From assembly GCA_037446135.1 (NCBI GenBank), contig JBBIJD010000038.1:1-17132 (forward strand): a stretch of 17,132 bases of DNA, read 5' to 3'. The DNA comes from Candidatus Fraserbacteria bacterium (GTDB lineage: Bacteria; Bipolaricaulota; Bipolaricaulia; RBG-16-55-9; JANLFV01). This document shows positions 8,387 to 14,855 of the stretch, in pieces. Positions within the stretch are counted from its first letter, which is position 1, and the number at the start of each line of letters is the position of its first letter. The translations under genes and the position numbers were made by a program. The notes beneath the pieces are model-generated. The model searched no databases. It saw only the letters and a program-made list of their open reading frames with translations, and was not told where the DNA came from.

Positions 8387-8611
8387 ATGAAACGCTACAT
8401 CGTTTGGTCAAAGCGGGAGTTGGACCTAGATGATCCCTGGCAGCGGCGGTGGTTCATCCGTCAGGTCCTCCTCCACGGGCGGGCCGAGGACATCTCGGGG
8501 CTCGATTGGGGGGAGGTCCGCCGCCTCCTTCCGGAACTCGATCTCCCTCCGGAAATTCGGAGGCTATGGGAGAGATACTTTGAGCATCAGGAGGCGCAGG
8601 CCGCGGAGTAG
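8387..8611 (+). CDS. Small Trp-rich helical protein, putative antitoxin of the adjacent NTase toxin (DUF6922-like)
   Basis: W....LDLD...R.FIRQVL.HG...D pattern, recalled from small partners encoded upstream of AbiEii-family genes. It overlaps the toxin start and has host-like codons. Confidence 0.8.
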   Translation: MKRYIVWSKRELDLDDPWQRRWFIRQVLLHGRAEDISGLDWGEVRRLLPELDLPPEIRRLWERYFEHQEAQAAE

Positions 8612-9278
8612 GGGGCTCCTCACCGAGGCCCAGCTCAGGATCTTAGAGCTTTTCAAGAGCCTTCCCGACGCGGAGCACTACTACCTCACCGGGGGGACCG
8701 CCCTTGCCGAGTTCTATCTCGGCCATCGCCGATCATTTGACCTAGATCTCTTCACCACAGAGGCGGGGCTCATACTCCCCTTCTCTCGGGTGCTGGAAGA
8801 GAGGTTCCAGGGAGAGGGATTCTCCATCAGGGCAATCCGGCGGCTGGCGAGTTTCGCCGAGTTCGAGATCGGCTGGGAAGCGGAAAGGGTGCGGGTTCAC
8901 CTAGCTTATGACTCCCCCTATCGTCTTGCGTCGCCGGAGGAGACGGCCCTCGTGAGGGTGAATGACTTCCCAGACCTTGCAGTAGACAAGCTCCTCGCCT
9001 TCTTCGGGCGGGCGGAGCCCCGGGATGCGGTCGACCTGGTCTTCATCCTCGAGGTTGCGGAATTCAAGGAACTTGTCAGGTTAGCCGCTAGAAAGGACCC
9101 CGGGTTCGATCTCTACTGGCTGGCGGTCGCCCTGGAGAAGGTCCAAAGCTTCCCTGATGAGGTTGAGCGCTGGCCGGTGGAGATGGTTAAACCCCTAGAT
9201 GTCGGTGAACTGAAAACGCTCTTCCGAAGCCTGGCCGAAGAGATAATGGATGGCTTGAACCCCGGTCAACGCATGTAG
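8580..9278 (+). CDS. Nucleotidyltransferase AbiEii/AbiGii (DUF1814, MenT-like) toxin family protein, about 232 aa
   Basis: Motifs YYLTGGTALAEFYLGHRRSFDLDLF and DKLLAFFGRAEPRDAVDL. Start placed at TTG 8580 after GGGAGAG; the 8430 extension is a shadow of the antitoxin gene. Confidence 0.92.
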   Translation: MSIRRRRPRSRGLLTEAQLRILELFKSLPDAEHYYLTGGTALAEFYLGHRRSFDLDLFTTEAGLILPFSRVLEERFQGEGFSIRAIRRLASFAEFEIGWEAERVRVHLAYDSPYRLASPEETALVRVNDFPDLAVDKLLAFFGRAEPRDAVDLVFILEVAEFKELVRLAARKDPGFDLYWLAVALEKVQSFPDEVERWPVEMVKPLDVGELKTLFRSLAEEIMDGLNPGQRM

Positions 9279-9284
9279 ATCTTG

Positions 9285-9486
9285 CTGACCTTCAGACATG
9301 AGTTCGGACAAGAGCCTCCCGTCAAGATAGGATCACTCTTCTATCCCCCTCCCTGACACAAGAGGGGCAAAGGAAGGGAGTAATCCGTCACCCTTGCCCG
9401 CCCTCCTCCCCTCAAGGGAGAGGAGCAGTCCTTCCCTCGTTCGCCCGTGGGGGCTGGCGATGTCCGAATTCATGTCCCGAGGTCAG
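9285..9486 (+). repeat. 202-nt self-complementary element (structured ncRNA or MITE/REP-like unit)
   Basis: Terminal inverted repeat 9285-9310 / 9461-9486 with 22 Watson-Crick and 2 G-U pairs out of 26. Inner stem 9313-9321 / 9446-9455, plus internal hairpins 9330-9386 and 9403-9425. Confidence 0.75.
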
Positions 9487-9495
9487 AGACCACCC

Positions 9496-9523
9496 TTGAC
9501 AGGTAGCGAGGGGGGTATATAAT
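9496..9523 (+). promoter_or_regulatory. sigma70-type promoter for the amino-acid ABC operon
   Basis: Consensus TTGACA (9496-9501), 16 nt, TATAAT (9518-9523). Confidence 0.85.
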
Positions 9524-9653
9524 TAGGCGGGAAGATCGGGGAGGAAAGCCCGTTTGTAGGACAAGATCGCGACTAGATCCTAAAGAAGGGGGGTGATAAA
9601 TGGGGTGATTCAAGGGAACAGCGGATAAAATTCGAGAAAGGGGGATGGTGCTG

Positions 9654-10670
9654 ATGTGGATTTCGAAGAAGTTTTTGGTGTTGGTGCTCTGTCTCCTCCT
9701 TGGGTTGGTCCTCTCAGGTAACCTGACAGGGCAGGCATTCCGTCCTGTGCTGGAGAAGGTTAAAGCGGACGGGGTGATCAGCATCGGGATGAGGGAGGAT
9801 GCGCGGCCCTTCGCTTATGTCGACGAGAGAGGAGAGCATGTCGGCTTCTCCGTAGACATGGCCTGGCTCCTGGTGAAGAAGCTCGAGGAATTCGCGGGCA
9901 AGCCGATAAGGGTTGAAGGGGTCGCGGTCACCGCCCCGACCCGTGTCCCCTTGGTGGTGAACGGGACCATCGACATCGAGATGAGCTCCACGACCCATAC
10001 CGCACCACGCGACGATGTCGTGGACTTCAGCGAGCCGTTCTTCATCTCCGAGACCACCTTCATGGTCCGCAAGGATTCGGGGATCAAGACCCTCGCCGAC
10101 CTGAATGGGAAGATAGTCAGTGCCGCCAGGGGGACGACGAACCTGAAGGCCCTGCAGAAGATCATCGACGAGGGGGTGATCAAGCCGGCAGCCCTCGTGA
10201 TCGTCGAGAGCCATACCGAGGGCCTCCTGGCCTTGCAGACGGGGAAGATCGATGCCTATTTCACCGATACGAGCCTCCTGATGGGGCTGAGGATGAGCGC
10301 GAAGGACCCCGAGAACTACGAGATCATCCTCGAGTCGATCCATGCAGAGCCCTACGGCTGGATGATGCGGGAGAACGACTCTGACTGGCGGGACTTCGTC
10401 AACCACTTCCTGATCTGGACCCTCCAGACCAAGTGCGTTGACGAGCTGGCCACCCTGAGCCACATCTCCTTGGTAGTGAATGGGACCCCGAAAGACATCC
10501 AGATAGTCGCTGAATGCAAGGAACCCGGATTCACCATCTTCGACGCGATCTACGATAAGTGGATGGGGCCGGGGTCTGCGGTCCCGATCCCCAGGTCCGC
10601 TGAGTTCAATGCCCTCTTGAAGGGGATCCAGTGGCCGGATGTGTTAGAGGTCTGGCCAGCGAAGAAGTAG
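9654..10670 (+). CDS. Polar amino-acid ABC transporter substrate-binding protein (family 3, GltI-like Glu/Asp type)
   Basis: Signal peptide, then GMREDARPFAY, GFSVD, TRVPLVVNGTIDIEMSSTTHT..R...VDFS, GTTN and EPYG.M.R. ATG 9654 is best spaced from the SD; 9645 is the alternative. Confidence 0.93.
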   Translation: MWISKKFLVLVLCLLLGLVLSGNLTGQAFRPVLEKVKADGVISIGMREDARPFAYVDERGEHVGFSVDMAWLLVKKLEEFAGKPIRVEGVAVTAPTRVPLVVNGTIDIEMSSTTHTAPRDDVVDFSEPFFISETTFMVRKDSGIKTLADLNGKIVSAARGTTNLKALQKIIDEGVIKPAALVIVESHTEGLLALQTGKIDAYFTDTSLLMGLRMSAKDPENYEIILESIHAEPYGWMMRENDSDWRDFVNHFLIWTLQTKCVDELATLSHISLVVNGTPKDIQIVAECKEPGFTIFDAIYDKWMGPGSAVPIPRSAEFNALLKGIQWPDVLEVWPAKK

Positions 10671-10679
10671 CGGACGGCA

Positions 10680-10712
10680 GGGGTGATAGGGAGGGAATCT
10701 CCCTATCACCCC
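10680..10712 (+). terminator. Intercistronic stem-loop after the binding-protein gene (mRNA stabiliser or partial terminator)
   Basis: Perfect 14-bp stem GGGGTGATAGGGAG (10680-10693) / CTCCCTATCACCCC (10699-10712) with a 5-nt loop. Confidence 0.8.
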
Positions 10713-10731
10713 GCCATCTTTAGCGAGAGGG

Positions 10732-11523
10732 ATGGCGAAGAAGAGGCTCATCGGATTGGCTTCCCTTGTAGCAGCCCTCTTAATCCTCATCCTCTCCGTC
10801 CCTGCTTCAGCCCAGGGCGGCCTGGCTTACAAGTTCGATTGGAGCGTCCTCTGGCGAGAGCCCTATGGCCGCTGGATGCTCCAGGGGATAATGCTGACCC
10901 TCCAGATCGGGGCGATGAGCTGGATCATCGCCCTCTTCCTGGGGATCATCATCGGGGCGATCCGGACCCTCCCCTGGAGGCCGCTGCGAGCCCTTGGGAC
11001 GGCCTATGTGGAGTTCTTCCGGAACATCCCGCTTATGGTCCAGCTATTCTTCTGGTTCTATGCTATCCCTCCATTGATCAGCCAGCAGCTCAATCGCTGG
11101 CCCCGCCTGGGGTATTACTGCGCGATCTTCGGCCTGGGGATCTACACCGCTTCCCGCGTCTCCGAGCATGTGAGATCCGGGCTGAGCGCGGTCCCCCAAG
11201 GCCAAAGGTTTGCCGCCCTCTCCACCGGGCTCTCCCAGCTCCAGGTCTATCGCTACGTGATCATTCCTTATGCCATCAGGGTGATGATCCCCCCGATCAC
11301 CACGGAGTTCCTCACCATCTTTAAGAATTCCTCCCTGGCCATGACGATCGGGGTATTGGAGCTCGTCGGGATGGCCTACCAAATCGGGGAGGATACCTTC
11401 CACGGCCTGGAATCGACGACCGGGGCCATTGTGGTCTATCTCTTTATCGGCCTCTCGATCATCGGGTTCATGGGATGGGTAGAGAAGAGGCTGAGGATCC
11501 CGGGATTGATCAGGAGAGGTTGA
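10732..11523 (+). CDS. Amino-acid ABC transporter permease (GltJ-like, HisQ/GlnP family)
   Basis: YVEFFRNIPLMVQLFFW, EAA-loop region SEHVRSGLSAVPQGQRFAALSTGL, and KNSSLA. Confidence 0.95.
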   Translation: MAKKRLIGLASLVAALLILILSVPASAQGGLAYKFDWSVLWREPYGRWMLQGIMLTLQIGAMSWIIALFLGIIIGAIRTLPWRPLRALGTAYVEFFRNIPLMVQLFFWFYAIPPLISQQLNRWPRLGYYCAIFGLGIYTASRVSEHVRSGLSAVPQGQRFAALSTGLSQLQVYRYVIIPYAIRVMIPPITTEFLTIFKNSSLAMTIGVLELVGMAYQIGEDTFHGLESTTGAIVVYLFIGLSIIGFMGWVEKRLRIPGLIRRG

Positions 11524-11525
11524 GG

Positions 11526-12182
11526 ATGGGATTCGATTGGGGCGTCATCCCGAGGAATATCGGCCTGCTCTGGGGAGGCCTGACGGTCACCTTCAGGCTC
11601 TTCCTCTTCGCCCTGGCCGGGGGACTCCCTCTGGGGATATTACTGGGCCTGGGGAGCCTCTCCTCCCGCCGCTGGCTCTATTACCCTACCCGGGCATATA
11701 TCAACTTCATGAGGAATATCCCTCTGATCCTAGTCATCTTCTGGGTCTACTTCGCCATGCCACTGGTCACCGGGCGAGTCCTGGGGCCGTTCACCTCGGC
11801 CGTCCTGGCCTTCGTGATCTTCGAGGCCACCTACTTTGGGGAGATCATCAGGGCCGGATTCCAATCGGTCTCCAAAGGCCAGGTCCAGGCCGCTTACTCG
11901 ACGGGCCTAACCTATTGGCAGATGGTCTTCTATGTCCTCATCCCCATCGCCATCCGCCGAGTCGTCCCCAGCCTCATCACCCAGAGCATCGTGATCTTCC
12001 AGGACACATCCTTAGCCTTCGTCATCGGGCTGCGGGAGTTCATCCGGGCGGCCCGGATCGTGGACATGCGCGAGGTCCGGACATTCGAGCTATTCAGCTT
12101 TGTAGCCGCAGTCTACCTCGTCCTCTGCCTCGCCGGCTCTTTCATTACCCGCCGACTGGAGGTCAAGCGAAGTGAAAGATGA
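11526..12182 (+). CDS. Amino-acid ABC transporter permease (GltK-like, HisM family)
   Basis: YINFMRNIPLIL, YFGEIIRAGFQSVSKGQ..AA.STGL and QDTSLA. Start trimmed to ATG 11526, just after the upstream stop. Confidence 0.95.
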   Translation: MGFDWGVIPRNIGLLWGGLTVTFRLFLFALAGGLPLGILLGLGSLSSRRWLYYPTRAYINFMRNIPLILVIFWVYFAMPLVTGRVLGPFTSAVLAFVIFEATYFGEIIRAGFQSVSKGQVQAAYSTGLTYWQMVFYVLIPIAIRRVVPSLITQSIVIFQDTSLAFVIGLREFIRAARIVDMREVRTFELFSFVAAVYLVLCLAGSFITRRLEVKRSER

Positions 12183-12969
12183 GCCGATCATCCGGATCAA
12201 GAACTTAAGCAAGTGGTATAGCAATTTCCAGGTCCTTCATGACATCAACGCCGAGGTCCATCGGGGCGATTGCATCGTCATCTGCGGCCCGAGCGGCTCG
12301 GGGAAGAGCACCCTCCTCCGGTGCATTAATGGATTGGAGGAGTTCCAGCAGGGAGACATCATCGTTGATGGGACCTCAGTCCGGCAGGTCCTGAGGAGCC
12401 GGCAGATCTATCGGCTCCGCTCTAAGATCGGGATGGTCTTCCAGCACTTCGAGCTCTATCCCCATCTGACCGCCTTGGAGAACATCACCCTCGCCCCGAG
12501 GAAGGTCTTCAAGGTCCCCAGGAGGGAGGCGGAGAGGCGGGCCATGGAGCTCTTGGAGAAGGTGGGGATCCCCGAGCAGGCCCACAAGTATCCCGGTGAG
12601 ATGTCCGGCGGGCAGCAGCAGCGGGTGGCGATCGCCCGGGCGATGGCCATGGAGCCGGAGATCCTGATGTTCGATGAGCCGACGAGCGCCCTCGATCCGG
12701 AGATGATCCGGGATGTCCTCGAGGTCATGGTCGCCCTAGCTAAGGAGGGGCGGACCATGCTGGTGGTGACCCACGAGATGGGCTTCGCCCGCGCGGTGGC
12801 GGATGGGATAATCTTCATGGACGAAGGGAAGGTCATCGAGCAGGGGGATGTCGACTCCTTCTTCGAGAACCCCAAGTCCGATCGGGCCAGGGAGTTCATT
12901 GACCGGATCCTCATCCATGTCAAGGAGGAGGGGAGAGAGCACGAAGGTATCCGGCCAGCCGGGGAGTAA
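12172..12969 (+). CDS. Amino-acid ABC transporter ATP-binding protein (GlnQ/GltL family)
   Basis: Walker A GPSGSGKS, signature MSGGQQQRVAIARA, Walker B ILMFDEPTSALDPE and VTHEM. GTG start with SD GGAGG. Confidence 0.97.
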   Translation: MKDEPIIRIKNLSKWYSNFQVLHDINAEVHRGDCIVICGPSGSGKSTLLRCINGLEEFQQGDIIVDGTSVRQVLRSRQIYRLRSKIGMVFQHFELYPHLTALENITLAPRKVFKVPRREAERRAMELLEKVGIPEQAHKYPGEMSGGQQQRVAIARAMAMEPEILMFDEPTSALDPEMIRDVLEVMVALAKEGRTMLVVTHEMGFARAVADGIIFMDEGKVIEQGDVDSFFENPKSDRAREFIDRILIHVKEEGREHEGIRPAGE

Positions 12970-13053
12970 GCTCCCTAATTCCTCTGAGGGGCTTGAAAAG
13001 ATAGTGAAGGAGCCGGCGAGAAGATCAGTGCGAGGAGAGAGGAATTAATGAGC
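12970..13053. repeat. Inverted repeat (14/16) enclosing 52 nt between the ABC operon and ssb
   Basis: GCTCccTAATTCCTCT (12970-12985) / AGAGGAATTAatGAGC (13038-13053). Confidence 0.55.
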
Positions 13054-13096
13054 GCATCCGAATGTGCATTACAATAACAAGAAGGGATAAGCAAGA

Positions 13097-13657
13097 TTGA
13101 ACCGAGTGATCCTGACGGGGCGGCTGGCGACTGATCCGGAGCTCCGTTACACTCAGACGGGACGGGCGCGGGCGAGGTTCAATATCGCCGTAAACCAGCA
13201 ATACCGCGACCAGGAGGGGAACCTCCAGGAGACGACGACTTTCATCCCGATCGTCGTCTGGGGGGCTCAGGCCGAATCCTGTGCCAACTTCCTGAAGAAA
13301 GGGCGGTTGGTCGCGGTCGATGGCCGCTTGAGGATCGACACCTTCGAGACCCTGGAGGGTGAGCGGAAGAAGGTCGTTGAGGTCATCGCCCACCGGGTTG
13401 AGTTCCTCAGTGAGCGCCCCGAAGAGGCTGTGGAGGCCGAGGAGAAGCCGATAGAAGAACCGGAACCTAAAGATAAGAAGGTTCTTTCGGAAGCGCCGAA
13501 AGACCGAGCACCGTCCGAATACCACCCTCCTCGACGAGTTATGAATTGTCCTTTTTGTAACACTGTTGTCCAAGCCGAGGAATTGTGGGACGATCTCGAT
13601 AAAAAGATGAAATACAGGTGCACTAAATGTGGATATATAATCGGCTCACATCGTTAG
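13097..13657 (+). CDS. ssb: Single-stranded DNA-binding protein with a C-terminal C4 zinc ribbon in place of the acidic tip
   Basis: OB fold NRVILTGRLATDPELRYT...F.IAVN...F.PIVVWG..AE.CA.FL.KG..V.V.GRL...EV.A..V.FL, then a Glu/Pro linker and CPFC-x20-CTKC. TTG start. Confidence 0.92.
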   Translation: MNRVILTGRLATDPELRYTQTGRARARFNIAVNQQYRDQEGNLQETTTFIPIVVWGAQAESCANFLKKGRLVAVDGRLRIDTFETLEGERKKVVEVIAHRVEFLSERPEEAVEAEEKPIEEPEPKDKKVLSEAPKDRAPSEYHPPRRVMNCPFCNTVVQAEELWDDLDKKMKYRCTKCGYIIGSHR

Positions 13658-13730
13658 CGAAGAGTCCTACAGCAATCGCATAGCCAATATTTGCAGCCCC
13701 TCTCGTTGACTACCGAAAGGTGATCGCAGC

Positions 13731-13947
13731 ATGGCCATCAATACCATGAGTCTTCTCCAGCAAGGGGCAGGTGGTGATTCTCCAAGCGAGTCCACAAAGA
13801 GTTGAACATGATTTAGTAGTGCTCGCCAAAGGGGAGCAGGTCGCTATTCGCTGCTTGACCTCAGATGACCTTATCGAGGAGGGGGCTCGAGAGGCTTATC
13901 ATGAGGGAAAGATCAAGACCGCTGAAGAGGTCTCCCGAGACCTATGA
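13731..13947 (+). pseudogene. Frameshifted AbrB/MazE/SpoVT-family antitoxin
   Basis: SD AAAGGTGA and ATG 13731. Pieces in three frames assemble to MAINTMS|SSKGQVVI|(P)KRVHKELNM|DLVVLAKGEQVAIRCLTSDDLIEEGAREAYHEGKIKTAEEVSRDL*. The native frame stops at 13803-13805. Confidence 0.8.
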
Positions 13948-14030
13948 CGAAGGGGTGGGCTGTCCATTAGGGTCCCCAAGCTGAGCGACTGATCTGTAAC
14001 GTAAGTTCAGCAAGGGACCGGTCACATCCA
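13944..14030 (+). pseudogene. Truncated RelE/ParE-like toxin remnant
   Basis: ATGA overlap with the antitoxin stop. Reads MTKGWAVH*GPQAER...; the W-x-V-x-x-x-P-x-A-E-R pattern resembles RelE N-termini. TAG at 13968-13970 and no room for a full gene. Confidence 0.5.
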
Positions 14031-14034
14031 GCAA

Positions 14035-14772
14035 TCACCGCATATAGATCCCGCCGTTGACATTGATCGTCTCGCCGGTGATATAGCTGGCCTCCTCAGA
14101 GGCGAGGAAGGCGATCACCGCGGCGATCTCCTCCGGCTCGGCCGGCCTCCCCAGAGGGATTCGAGCCGCGATCTCTGCACCATGCTCCTCTAGGGCCTCG
14201 CGGGTCATCTCCGTCCTGGTATAGCCCGGTGAGACGGCATTGACGGTGATGTTGTATCTCGCCAGCTCCAGGGCCAGGGACTTGGTGAGCCCGATGATCC
14301 CGGCCTTGGCCGAGGCGTAGTGGGCCCCATGGTCCGAGCCGGTCATGGCCCTCAAGGAAGCGACATTGACGATCCTCCCCCAGCCTGCACGCTTCATATG
14401 CGGGATAGCGGCCCGGACGCAGACGAAGGCCGCGGTCAGGCCGACCCGGAGCATCCTCTCCCAGTCCTCGATCTTCAGCTCCTCGATATCGGCATGCTGG
14501 GAGTAGCCCGCATTGTTCACCAAGATTTGGAGCCCTCCGAGTTCCTCCGCCGCTTGCTCCACCAGCTTTCCAGCCTGCTCGGGCTCCCCGACATCGGCCT
14601 GGAGGGCGACAGCTCTGCCGCCCAAGCCCCTTATCTTCGCTGCCACCGCCTCGGCCCCTTTAAGGTCGTGGAGGTAGTTCACGGCCACGGCACAGCCCTC
14701 TTTCGCCAGCCGAATAGCCGTGGCCGCCCCGATCCCCCGCGAGGCACCCGTCACGAGCGCGACCTTCTCCAT
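14035..14772 (-). CDS. Classical SDR oxidoreductase (FabG-like, probably NADP(H)); substrate uncertain
   Basis: TGASRGIG, NNAG, catalytic S and YASAK, VNAVSPG, IPLGR and YITGETINVNGG. SD GAGGTGAG. Confidence 0.93.
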   Translation of the reverse strand: MEKVALVTGASRGIGAATAIRLAKEGCAVAVNYLHDLKGAEAVAAKIRGLGGRAVALQADVGEPEQAGKLVEQAAEELGGLQILVNNAGYSQHADIEELKIEDWERMLRVGLTAAFVCVRAAIPHMKRAGWGRIVNVASLRAMTGSDHGAHYASAKAGIIGLTKSLALELARYNITVNAVSPGYTRTEMTREALEEHGAEIAARIPLGRPAEPEEIAAVIAFLASEEASYITGETINVNGGIYMR

Positions 14773-14812
14773 CGCTCACCTCACCTCTTGGCTCCAATTC
14801 GGGAGTCGGATT

Positions 14813-14821
14813 ATTATATCA
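14813..14821 (-). promoter_or_regulatory. Extended -10 promoter for the SDR gene, in the divergent AT-rich gap
   Basis: Minus strand TGaTATAAT (14821-14813). A weaker + strand TTGGCT-18-TATTAT (14788-14817) overlaps it. Confidence 0.55.
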
Positions 14822-14855
14822 TCCAAGATAGCGATCGAGAGGAGGTCCTGTGTCG

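Noticed and set aside
8430..8579. Gly/Ser-rich N-terminal extension of the toxin ORF
   Set aside because: It is an alternative frame of the antitoxin gene; TTG 8580 with a purine-rich SD fits better.
9285..9486. Assignment of the structured element as 6S RNA, tRNA, tmRNA or a CRISPR array
   Set aside because: It folds as a multibranch rather than the 6S rod with a central bubble. There are no tRNA-arm motifs, no regularly spaced identical repeats and no cas genes.
9470..12942. Antisense and alternate-frame ORFs over the ABC operon (e.g. 9714-10463, 10683-11324, 11537-12175)
   Set aside because: Nearly all overlap well-supported genes and reflect codon-bias shadows; 9470-9784 also runs across the promoter and leader.
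13097..14030. Prophage or conjugative element suggested by ssb plus the TA remnant
   Set aside because: No integrase, relaxase, structural genes or att-like direct repeats are visible.
14035..14772. Naming the SDR fabG
   Set aside because: Substrate-pocket segments (NNAGYSQH, SLRAMTGSDHGAHY) differ from typical FabG, and no fatty-acid synthesis genes are adjacent.
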